DNA of 64,000 nt from assembly GCA_048128005.1 (NCBI GenBank), contig JBEUKZ010000139.1, positions 1 to 64,000 of the forward strand, read 5' to 3'. Made by a program: the position numbers and the translations under genes. Within the stretch, counting starts at the first letter, position 1. Every line of letters starts with the position of its first letter. Source of the stretch: Veleropilina oligotropha (taxonomy: Eukaryota). Below, piece after piece: positions 52,647 to 64,000 of this stretch. The notes under the pieces were generated by a model, which made no database searches, was not told the DNA's origin, and saw nothing but the letters and a program-made list of their open reading frames with translations.

Positions 52647-54806
52647 CTATGAACATTTGAGATCAAAGTCCATCTCCTGTATCACCTCCATGTTGTGCCT
52701 CTGCATGTGCACCTTTAGCTTATCAGAACGCGAGAAAGTCTTCCCACACACAAGACATTCATGGGGACGCTCTCTGGTGTGGGTTAACCAGTGTCTCTTT
52801 AGCGCGCTCGATGTACTGAACTGGCGGTCACACGCTACACACCGATGTGGCTTTTCCCCGGTATGTGTTAGCATATGCGACTTTAAGGCACCAGAGAGAC
52901 GAAACGTCTGTCTACACAAACCACAACGGTAGGGTTTCTCCCCTGTGTGGGTTCGCATATGTCTGCTTAGATCGCATCTACTAGTGAATAATCTTTTGCA
53001 CTCCGTGCATTTGTGCGTCCTCGGCTTCTGTCGCCTGGTGTGTGATTTCATATGGTTACTTAGATATCTCGAATGCGTGAATATCTTTCCACAAATTTCA
53101 CACAGACAAGACTGATGTGATTTATCTTTAGTGTGGATAAGCATATGACGAGTTAGGTCGGTACTGCGACCGTACGAGACGCCACACACCGTACAGAGAC
53201 ATGATTTCTCACCGGTGTGCTTAATCATGTGTGCTTTCAGAAGACATGAGAAACGGAAGGACTTTTCACATAGCGTGCAAGGATGCAATGTCTTAACAGC
53301 ATGCGTTGATTTATGGTTCGCGAGATCACCGGCTCGACCGAATCGCTTGTTGCACACTGGACACTGATGTGGCCCCTCCACATCGATGACATCGTGACTT
53401 AAGGCATGTCTCTTTAAATCGTCAGAGTGATCGAATACCTCACCACATTCTGCGCATTTGTGCGTCCTCGGATTCTGTCGCCTGGTGTGTGATTTCATAT
53501 GCTTACTTAGATATCTCGAATGCTTGAATAACTTTCCACAAATTCCACACTGACAAGACTGATGTGATTTATCTTTAGTGTGAATAAGCATATGACGAGT
53601 TAGGTCGGTACTGCGACCGTACGAGACGCCGCACACCGTACAGAGACATGATTTCTCGCCGGTGTGCTTAATCATGTGTGCTTTCAGATGACACGAGAAA
53701 GGGAAGGACTTTTCACATAGCGTGCAAGGATGCGATGTCTTAACAGCATGCGTTGATTTATGGTTCGCGAGATCACCGGCTCGACCGAATCGCTGGTTGC
53801 ACACTGGACACTGATGTGGCCTCTCCACATCGATGACATCGTGACTTAAGGCATGTCTCTTTAAATCGTCAGAGTGATCGAATGCCTCGCCACATTCTGT
53901 GCATTCATGTGGCTTATCTCCCTTGTGAATTAAGGCATGCCTGTTTAGATCGTCCGCGTGACTGAATGCCTCGTAACATATTGAGCATGTATGCGGTTTC
54001 TCCTCAATGTGGATCAGCATATGGGTATGTCTATAATCATTTAAATCGTCAGAGTGATCGACTGCCTCACCACATTCTGTGCATTCATGTGGTTTATCTC
54101 CCTTGTGAATTAAGGCATGCCTGTTTAGATCGTCCGCGTGACTGAATGCCTCGTAACATATTGAGCATGTATGCGGTTTCTCCTCAATGTGGATCAGCAT
54201 ATGGATATGTCTACTTAAATCGTCAGGGTGATCGAATGCCTCACCACATTTTGTGCATTCATGTGGCTTATCTCCCTTGTGAATTAAGGCATGCCTGTTT
54301 AGACCGTCCACGTGACTGAATGCCTCGTAACATATTGAGCATGTATGCGGTTTCTCCTCAATGTGGATCAGCATATGGGTATGTCTATTTAAATCGTCAG
54401 AGTGATCGAATGCCTCGCCACATTCTGTGCATTCATGTGGCTTATCTCCCTTGTGAATTAAGGCATGCCTGTTTAGATCGTCCGTGTGACTGAATGCCTC
54501 GTAACATATTGAGCATGTATGCGGTTTCTCCTCAATGTGGATCAGCATATGGGTATGTCTATTTAAATCGTCAGAGTGATCGAATGCCTCGCCACATTCT
54601 GTGCATTCCTGTGGCTTATCTCCCTTGTGAATTAAGGCATGCCTGTTCAGATCGTCCATGTGACTGAATGCCTCGTAACATATTGAGCATGTAGGCGGTT
54701 TCTCCTCGGTGTGGATCAGCATATGGGGCATCAGATTACAAGAGGACCAGAATGTTTTTCCACACAGCGTACACAGATACGCCTTCGCACGAGTGTCAGC
54801 GAACAA
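52647..54806 (-). CDS. Tandem C2H2 zinc-finger protein (~24 fingers); true start uncertain
   Basis: Intact 719-codon frame of CxxC...HxxxH fingers with HTGEKP-like linkers; in-frame TAA upstream near 54880; first ATG lies within finger 1; candidate acceptor near 54911. Confidence 0.9.
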   Translation of the reverse strand: MFADTRAKAYLCTLCGKTFWSSCNLMPHMLIHTEEKPPTCSICYEAFSHMDDLNRHALIHKGDKPQECTECGEAFDHSDDLNRHTHMLIHIEEKPHTCSICYEAFSHTDDLNRHALIHKGDKPHECTECGEAFDHSDDLNRHTHMLIHIEEKPHTCSICYEAFSHVDGLNRHALIHKGDKPHECTKCGEAFDHPDDLSRHIHMLIHIEEKPHTCSICYEAFSHADDLNRHALIHKGDKPHECTECGEAVDHSDDLNDYRHTHMLIHIEEKPHTCSICYEAFSHADDLNRHALIHKGDKPHECTECGEAFDHSDDLKRHALSHDVIDVERPHQCPVCNQRFGRAGDLANHKSTHAVKTSHPCTLCEKSFPFSCHLKAHMIKHTGEKSCLCTVCGVSYGRSTDLTRHMLIHTKDKSHQSCQCGICGKLFKHSRYLSKHMKSHTRRQNPRTHKCAECGEVFDHSDDLKRHALSHDVIDVEGPHQCPVCNKRFGRAGDLANHKSTHAVKTLHPCTLCEKSFRFSCLLKAHMIKHTGEKSCLCTVCGVSYGRSTDLTRHMLIHTKDKSHQSCLCEICGKIFTHSRYLSNHMKSHTRRQKPRTHKCTECKRLFTSRCDLSRHMRTHTGEKPYRCGLCRQTFRLSGALKSHMLTHTGEKPHRCVACDRQFSTSSALKRHWLTHTRERPHECLVCGKTFSRSDKLKVHMQRHNMEVIQEMDFDLKCS

Positions 54807-55181
54807 CTGAGGTTGATATCTAAAAGTTTTAAGCTCAATGATTAAGATGCTGATATCTGGTGGCTGGTACCATAGTGATTATTTTTTTCACAATTATCTT
54901 GATTAATTTCTGAAATAGATAGAAAACAAATGAAAATCATTACAGTTACCTCAGCGGTGTGTTGCCGACTTTTAAACACTACTATGGCATATAACTATTT
55001 TTTATGTTAGTAACACAGTGTCCCCAGTATAAGCATAAATTATAAAAGTAAATACTTTAGTCTTAATAAAATAATACTTCGATCTTATATACTGCTTTAT
55101 ACTTAAACGTCTCTATGCGCTGAACCTCATTACCCTTGTTTATGGGCCTGTTATGCATGAGATTCTACATAAACTCCCTCT

Positions 55182-55444
55182 GAGGAGGAGGAATGATCAT
55201 TTATATCCTGTATATTTACAACATCGAGGTTCAAGGCAGGACATGTCCGTGTTATCGCGGGAGGAAACCCCGGTCGCCCGGGTAAACCCGCCCTCTTCGG
55301 CCAGTCACGGACAACTGTGATTCATAACTTGAACAAATGTCAATGCCTCTGCCAGGTATTGAACCCACTACTGTTCGCATTAGCGGAATCAAGCCAGTGA
55401 ATTTAGAGTGGACACTCTTACCCACTGCGCTGCCGAAGCGGCCT
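55182..55444 (-). mobile_element. SINE family B with a 10-bp TSD
   Basis: AACTCCCTCT at 55172-55181 and 55445-55454. Confidence 0.9.
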
Positions 55445-56151
55445 AACTCCCTCTAATTTAGTTATCACACGCATACAGTGGGCAGCCAATCAGATGAGCT
55501 GGGTGAACCAAGGAACATTTATATGATTATTTTCTTGCCCAAGTGATATCGCAAAGACTGGCGATTGATTGCCGAATTCCGCAACCAGAGTCAATTGATC
55601 TACCCCTGAGCCATGACTAGACCCTCCAGAATTATGTTCTTATTTTCTTCAGATTATGAGAAAATGAAACAGCATATTATGCACCCAGTTTAGTGAAATT
55701 ATGCACCGAAATGAACGAAATTATGCAATAATATGCACCCAAGTTAATGAAATTATGCAGTGTAATGCCAATTGATGTTATTTACGAGTCAAACAAATGT
55801 GTTTCACTAATAAAATATGCTTGAAGTTGAACTTAACAGTTCTTGCAGTTGTCTCACGATATATAGATAGCGAACATGTACATGTCCATTTATCTAACTT
55901 AGAACTGGTTCGTTCTTAGGTACGCTCTTCGAACGCGGGACACACGTTTAACATTCATTTTGAATGCTGAAACCCTGAATCCAACCCTCCTCTTTCAGGC
56001 AGGGAATGCGGTCGCCTTACTGCCCAGAAGGAGGAGATCTGACTTGCGTCTATTTCTGAGAACATCCCCCTAGATTCAACCATCCTCCTTTACACAGCCC
56101 TGTTTCCACTACCAAATATAATCCCGTTCGAAACCGGTTTATTTTAATCCA

Positions 56152-57815
56152 AACTAGATGTTGTCCACAATAACAGGAATGTCTCCCCTGCTTGAAATTC
56201 TATTTATAGCAACAGGTCATGTGACCTTTGACCTCAAATGCAAGTCCAAGCATCATTTCTTCATATGCAACCTGCCTGCTAAATAAGGAACAGTAGTAAC
56301 TATCTGGATAACAAATCACAATAAAATTTCTGAAAAAATCTATTTTTAGCAACAGTTCGTGGGACCTTGGACCGATTGACCTCAAGCGTAATCACAAGCA
56401 TCCTTTCCTCACAGACAACCTGCCTGCTAAATATGACCAACATTGCTAAATATGAACGGTAGTTATCGACAGGAAAGCAATGACTTCAAATGCAATCCCA
56501 AGGGTCCTATCCTGATAGGCAACCTGCCTGGTAAATATGAACATGTTCCTAAAGGTGAAAATTATAACGTTGTTCCAATGTTAATTATTCGATATATTTC
56601 CGTCGCGACGAAATTATACAAAGACACAATGTCGCTACAACGTATCAGGGACAGCGTTATATCGACGTCGCATTCTAACATTGTTACAACGTTAATTACG
56701 TATTTACGTTGCAACGATATTATACAAAGGTGCAATGGCGCTACAACGTTCGAGAAACAACATTATTTAGACATCGAATTATCAAGTTGAAAACAACTTT
56801 GATTATTCGATGTGTTTACTTTTCGACGAAAGTATGCAAGGCCTTAGGGTGCCGACGGCAGCCATATTGGATGAGCTCTACCTCTTCCGACTCGGGGGTG
56901 TAAGAGCGGTAGAGATATTATGAAAACAGAAGACCTCTTCAGAGTTGAATCGATCGACTGGAAGACACTATTCCGGAATAGTAATATTTCAGAAGATGTG
57001 AATCGATCAGAAAGCAATCTTCCAAGTCAAGAACAGAAATACACGAAAATGACTTTGCTTTTTGACCCAGTGACCCTATCTGTGAACTTAGGCAAAGCCT
57101 GATGGTATACAAGGTGTATTCCATATATGAAAAGCATAGCTACAGCAGTTCATCTTCTATTTGGCAGAAAGCGATCTTTCAAGCCCAGAACGGAAATACA
57201 TGTACATGAAAATAACCTTGACCTTTGACCCAGTGACCCCATCTTTGAACTTGCGCAAGACCTGATGGTAAACAAAGTGTATACCAAATATGAAAAGCGT
57301 AGCTCCAGCGATTCGTCTTCTATGTGACAGAAAGCAATCTTCTAAGTAAAGAATTGAAATACATGTATGATAATGACCTTGACCTTTGACCCAGTGACCC
57401 CATCTTTGAACTTAGGCAAGACCTGATGGTATACAAGGTGTATACTAAATATGAAAAGCGTAGGTCCAACGGTTCGTCTTGTAATTGACAGAAAGCGATC
57501 TTCCAAGTCAAGAACGAAAATGACCTTGACATTGGACCCAGTGACCCCATCTTTGAACTTACGCAAGGCCTGATGGGATACAAGGTGTATACCAAATATG
57601 AAAATCGTAGGTCCAGAGGTTCGTCTTCTATGTAACAGAAAGCGACCTTCCAAGTCAAGAACGGAAATACACAAAAATGACCTTGACCTTTGACCCAGTG
57701 ATCCCTTCTTTAAACTTAGGCAAGGCCTGATGGTATACAAGGTGTATACCAAATATGAAAAGCGTACTAGGTCCAACGGTTCGTCTTCTATTTGAAGAAA
57801 TCTCCCATTATAATT
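56152..57815. mobile_element. Helitron/Helentron-like non-autonomous element(s) with TGACCTTTGACC-containing internal tandem repeats (~150-bp units at 56990-57795)
   Basis: AAACTAGA start; repeated GACCTTGACCTTTGACCCAGTGACCCC...ACCAAATATGAAAAGCG units. Confidence 0.6.
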
Positions 57816-58279
57816 TAATTAACACAAGACATCGTTTTATTGAAAATATTTATTCATTTTTATATTGTAACAGTTTGTAACGTACAAAATATCGTTAAAT
57901 ACATAATAAAACGTCCCCTGTATTGACCAAGCTTGAGACATGAAAGCGAGACTAACACGAGAACTGTTAAACTAGATTTCGAGTGCGAAGACAACATTAT
58001 CTCACCTGAAATGGTTTCGCTAGAAACCAAGCACCAAATACCCATTTTAATTCCACCAACATAGAGGCTTTGTTTTATTTTACCCATGATTAATGGTGTG
58101 ACGTTTCTGCGCAGTGTGTAATATCATAAAACGCTATTTGACTTTCCTTGTCAAGAGTTGAATTTTACTTCAAAACGAGAATAACTTGGCTCATGTGATG
58201 AACACATTAAACACACATGAACTGTGGAACTAGTTAACCACATGTGACGGACTGGCTTCATGTAAAGTTTTCAGCTTTA

Positions 58280-59653
58280 TCCTTCTATTAATTCCACAAA
58301 TCTCTGTGGATTTGTTTGTTTGTTTGTTTGTTTGTTTGTCCTTCAAATATCTCGAGAACCGTCGACTCGATTGTCTTCAAAGTTGGTGGGTGTATGGCTG
58401 GCCACCCCCGGGAGTGCATATCCAAAGTACAATGTTGACGGATATAGATTAAGGATGTTTTTTAGCATTTTTCCGAAAACATAGCGCTAAGGGCATGTTC
58501 AACAGTAGCGAACGTTACCTAACGCTTCTTGGGATAATGAACGACAGGTGATAATTTTCGTCATACGAACAAATCAAGTCTCTAAATAAACAAGTAATTT
58601 AGAAAGTACAAGAATACATATTTTGCATCTGCATATTAATTCCATACTGCTGTTATTATTGAACATATACGTGTTGTAGATAACCCATTTAACTATTAAT
58701 ATTAACTTCATTAGGTATAGAATGAATTTTACTGCACATAACCGTTGCAAATTAAATTAACCCCCCCCCCCCCCTCCATGTTCGACCAAAGTTGTTATTT
58801 ACAATGCAAGACAGCAGAGAGCAAAAAAATAAGATAAATACATAGACATTTAATAGCATTATTATGATAGATTAACTTTTAGTTAAGTATTATTCAGACT
58901 ATTCGACGTCTTCGCATGTATTTCAATTTTTTTATTTCCTGGCAAACACACAGTGTCTGCTGACCGTTCTATTTTGCTCAATTTTTGTTCAGAAAACCGT
59001 TCAACTTGAATAGTTAGCTAACGTTAGGTAACGTTATCTAACGTTTACTTCCATTAAACTCTGCCCAAAACAAATGCAAAGATACAAAGGGAAGTAATAC
59101 ATTAAACACAATATGCTTCAACAAAGATAATTTATTATTTGATGGGAAAAGTACGGTACTATAGACAATCGTCATTGAAACGACGAGTCTATTGTATTTT
59201 CCTTTATTAAATGATTAACATGTTTTTAAAAGCCTACGTATTTTTTATGCCGGGAAAGTACGGTACAATATAAATTCGTCATTGAAACAACGAGTTGATT
59301 TCAACGTGCTTTTGCACTGGAAACCAACGTTCGATTATTTGTAAAAATCTGTCAGTGTAAAAGCCTCGACTAGCACATACAAATTCATTTCCCAATGTCT
59401 TTTTCTTCCAAAATCAGTTAATTTCATTTGACTTTCAACCCCGGATTTCAACATACCACAAACTACATATCAAAAATTACCTACAAATTTTTAATCTGAC
59501 AGACCAAAATATTATAATAGTACAGTGGGTACTTCACATACACGTACACTCCCCAGGTGTCAGGAAGTGCCCCTATTGATTTAGGGGTTGAAAGATCAAT
59601 ACCTCACTGATTTGGGCGTCTAGAGATTTAATTACCCCACGGGCACTGGCTAG
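58280..59653 (+). mobile_element. Probable non-autonomous Helitron
   Basis: A|TC start, (TTTG)n microsatellite near the 5' end, GC-rich 3' segment ending CTAG|T. Confidence 0.55.
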
Positions 59654-61239
59654 TATGTATAATGCAAACGAAAACCAGTCCAAGCTCACTTCTCGCGTGA
59701 TTTCCGTAGCGTTTAATAATGTTTGCGTTCATGGCTGTCGTACACAAATAGGTGGTGAACACGCGAGAAAAACATGATTTAATAGTAATAAAACGGGGTC
59801 GGCAATGATATTGACAAAGTGAGTAAATATTTACAGGACCAGAGGGTCGGCAGCAGTGAAGATTTATCGGACCTCTGCGAAATTTACCGGTAAAATCCGG
59901 AGATCTGGCGCCTATTTCAATCACTGTGTATATTACATTTCAAAATCGTCTTTGGCCTATCTTTCAAATTGAAAACTTTTACAGAGTGGTGAAAATTATT
60001 CAAAGATGTTGGCAAGAAAGAGCACATTAGCGATCTCAGAATACATGAGAGGGGGTTTCACAAGGTTGTGTCAAAATTTTCTGGGCCCCAACAAGGACTA
60101 TAATTGACTCTCATTCATATTTCTATTTGAAAAATATCTACAACCCCCACAGCAATCACACATACATACGCACAAATGTACGGCTCAAAATTACCTATAT
60201 TACCAAAAAAATGTCTTGGTTCCTGTTACCATACCATACCTACATTTTCGGCCCTACCCTAAACTTTTTATCAGTGATTTACTTTTTTTTAAATCCATCT
60301 CGCCACTGACCATCTTATTTTCTCCCTATAGTACAGATGCCGTACGCTGTAGCGTGACTTTCCGCTCCGGTACTCATTGCACTAAATTTTCTCACTTGAT
60401 TCTTGTAGATTCATATATACTTTGGTTTTAAAAAAAGTTCTCATGCAGTTTGTTTGTAATTTAAATACCAATATTGAACTACATTATTTCAATGTAGGTA
60501 TCAAATATCAATCCATTAAGCGTCAAAAAATGGCTGATCCCATGTGCTTCACTTCAGCTTATTATAATTTTGTTCCTCGAGGACATAAGCTCATTTACAA
60601 GCCAACGACTGAAAAGTTCGTAATGGTTGATAAAATGGGCTTCGCTATATTCATATGAGACGCTATATGCTGAGAAATCCTATATTTAGTATTTGAAGTT
60701 TGCACTTATCCGATAATGTCCAGAGTCCGACACCAGGCTAGCTGTCATTCAATATTGGACACATTTCAATATAATATTATATTAATTTTGTGAAGTTATC
60801 GTTACGGAATATATACCTTATTATCAACTATCCTGTGTATATTATCTACTAGCCTTTTATGTGTATGTAAAGTTGTTGAAGTCTAAACATATTTATTGCT
60901 GATGCTATTGCAAAGGGATTGGGTAAAAAAGTAGTACAACTTATAAAAGTACACTATGTAGATATGGAAACATTTTAACCTGTAAGTTGAATGCTTATGA
61001 AAGTATTATTCTTTGAATATGATCAAACATGCATTTTTTGTACTTCCCAAATATCTCATTTTTATAATAAACCATTAACTTTCAATTATATGTTGAGAAA
61101 AACTACTTTCATGATGGTTTTGTATTCCTGGAAATATGTAACTGTTAGTATGGTGTTTGCAACTAATTAATAACAACAACACCAGTCAAGTTATATATAG
61201 TCGAAAAAATGCACAAGAGCCAAAAATGTCCTATTTTTT

Positions 61240-63920
61240 CGAATAAATCATGATTTTTCGGTTATGTGTACGGCAGCAATATTTAAATGACACCTGCAGT
61301 CATTTGGTAATGGTTAGATATTAAATTTATGAATTGTATCCAGAAATATAAGCATCAACAGGTGAGCAGATTGAATATTATAACTGTTGGAACATGCCCC
61401 CATAGGCCTACCCCAAAATGACACATTTTTATGGAATAATGATATTAATCATGAACTTTCAGTTATGTTTACGGAATTAATAATTAAATGACACCTGCAA
61501 TTGTTTAGATATAGTTAGATATTATATATATATGAAGTGTATCCAGAAATATAAGCATCAACAGGTGACCAGATTGAATATTACAACTGTTGGAACATGT
61601 CCCCATACCCGATAAATGTCACATTTTAATGGAATAATGATATAAATCGAAATACGTATTAAAACGACGCATTATACTGTTTAGATATAGGTAGATATTA
61701 TATTTGTGATATTACAACTGTTGAAACATGCCCTCATACCCCCAAATGTCACATTTGAATTGAATAATGATATAAATCATGAACTTCAGTTATATTTACG
61801 ACATAAGTATTTAATTTACACCTGCAGCTGTTTAGATGTATTTAGATATTATATATATGAAGTGTTTCCAGAAGTATAAGCATCAACGGGTTAGCGGTTT
61901 TAATATTACAACTGTTGGAACATGCCCCCATACCCCAAAATGTCACATTTAAATCGATTAAATCATGAAATTTATGTTATGTTTACGAAATAAATATTTA
62001 ATTGACACCGCAACTGTTTAGATATATAGAGAATACTACACTGATTCTCGACACGTACCGTTTGTATCTCACGAGTGCACGTATCCAGGTATCTTACCGA
62101 GCGAAAGCGAGGTAAGATACCTGGATACGTGCACGAGTGAGATACAAACGGTACGTGTCGAGAATCAGTGTAGTATTTTATTTATTACCCATGCATTTAT
62201 TGCGTTATATATGCATTTTATTTGCTTTTATCGGCCCATATTCGAGATTTCAAATTGTTTAGCCGCGGATGAATTTTATTCCTGATTACTGTAAATAGCC
62301 TCTTTACTCTATAGCCACACGCTATAACAAATAGATCGTATTAAAAGTTCATTCTAATTTATTTTAATGAAACTAAGAAACAAGATAACATCAGGCAACA
62401 ATAAGAACTGTTTAATATACGATCGTTTTACTGAACATTACTCATCTCATTAATATATTTACGTTATTCTAAAAATAAGTCCGTTGAACACGCGGCGAAA
62501 TCTTAATTTGCATATGCCTCGTGGATGGATTGTTGCCAAGTTTGCACTCAGGGAAGAATTTCGTTGCCACCGTCAACATCTGGTCTCGGGCGTTTTGGTG
62601 TCGACGGCCCACTGACGATGTTTATATTAATCGTGCCGCCGTATATTGGTGCCGAGAATATGGAACTCAGGAAATCACACCGACTCGACCGCGAATTCGA
62701 AATGGTATTAATATTAACAGATTGGGGAACCACGTCTACACAACGAGAATCGTGCGACCCGGAACTACCGGTACTGATGATGTCGCTGAGCTGACGATGT
62801 TGTAATGTGGAGATGCTACTATAATTATTGACACTTTGTATGTGTGAGGGATGTTCGATTCCGGGGAAGGTGCAGATTGGATTTGCGAGGAAACAGTTTC
62901 CGGAATAACGGCAAGTCTATAGCGTGCAACTTGTTTAATTTTACCATCGAATGTCTTCACATTATACATATTGAACGTTCCTCCCGGTTGAACAATGGAC
63001 ATTACGCGTCCCGTCACTTGCCCGTCAATTTTCACGCATTCATTCACACGAATCGATTTAGGTGCATCCATATTGAAACAACGGTCCGAAACAACACGAA
63101 GCAGACGACACTCTTTGATGTAAAGTATTTTATAATTATATTTATCATGTTTTTATTTATAATTACACTTTCTGCAGTTTTAAACCTGTACTTGTATAAA
63201 CGTTCGTGTTAGCTGTATTACATTTAATTTTATTAATTGTTAATAATCCGCCACATTTCCGATCGTTGTTTTTCTTCCATTCAAGCCACAATAGTAAAAG
63301 TTGTAGATTTCTTCGTTTTGTTTATCAATGAAAATGTAGTCCCTGACCTTTGAGGTCAACTTGTTATGCACCATGTGGTGCGTACAAAATAAATACCACA
63401 TGGCTATATCTGCGTCACGTGGGTAATAAAGTTTGATATTATATTTATGAAGTATATCCCGAAGTATAAGCATCAACAGCTTAGCGGTTTTAATATTACA
63501 ACTGTTGGAACATGCCATCATACTCCAAAATGTCACATTTTAATTGAATAATGACATAAATCATGAACTTTCAATTATGTTTACGAAATAATTATTTCAG
63601 TGACATCTGCAACTGTTTAGATATAATTATATATTATATATATGAAGTGTATCCAGAAGTATAAGCATCAACAGGTTAGCGGTTTTAATATTACAACTGT
63701 TGGAACATGCCCCCATACCCCAAAATATCACATTTAAATCAATTAAATCATGAACTTTCAGTTACGTTTACGAAATCATTATTTAAGTGACACCTGCAAC
63801 TGTTTAGATATAATTATATATTATATATATGAAGTGCATCCAGAAATATAAGCATGGACATGTTAGCGGTTTTAATACTACATATGTTGGAACATGGTCC
63901 CATACCCAAACATGTCCTAT
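61240..63920. repeat. AT-rich satellite, ~185-200-bp unit, interrupted by the 62027-63430 element
   Basis: Recurrent ATAAGCATCAACAGG...ACAACTGTTGGAACATGCCCCCATACCCC...GTCACATTT. Confidence 0.9.
62027..63430 (-). mobile_element. Terminal-hairpin element, family 5, carrying an internally deleted Crypton-type tyrosine recombinase gene (gene on the minus strand)
   Basis: Near-perfect hairpin 62032-62177; inner TTTATTACCCA inverted to the end TGGGTAATAAA; minus frame 62841-62548 reads IQSVNNYSSISTLQHRQLSDIIS...SIFSAPIYGGTININI. Confidence 0.8.
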
Positions 63921-64000
63921 TTTTGGTCATATGGGTACCATTAGATGAACATAAGTAAAAAAACTGCAGGATATTTCGTGGAGAACTTTTTACTGTAAGT

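Noticed and set aside
57320..57776. Repetitive minus-strand ORFs
   Set aside because: They lie in ~150-bp tandem units with frame-shifting length variation

Overview
Repeat-dense animal genomic DNA; the repeat types suggest a marine invertebrate, but the taxon cannot be read from the sequence. It holds a 10.4-kb 22-bp G-rich minisatellite with a ~4.9-kb higher-order duplication, several tRNA-derived SINE families, decayed CR1/L2/RTE LINEs, a truncated hAT transposase with related MITEs, Helitron/Helentron-like elements and other satellites. Two credible host genes lie on the minus strand: a spliced ~825-aa low-complexity/coiled-coil gene with two truncated paralogous 5' copies that share paired CRE sites, and a ~24-finger C2H2 zinc-finger gene. 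The most notable signal is five sequence-unrelated families (seven copies) of small elements with one shared architecture: a 100-160-bp terminal hairpin with strand-specific tandem GA mismatches, plus an internal segment complementary to the far end. One copy retains an internally deleted Crypton-type tyrosine recombinase gene. Coordinates of decayed repeats are approximate and all family assignments are by eye.
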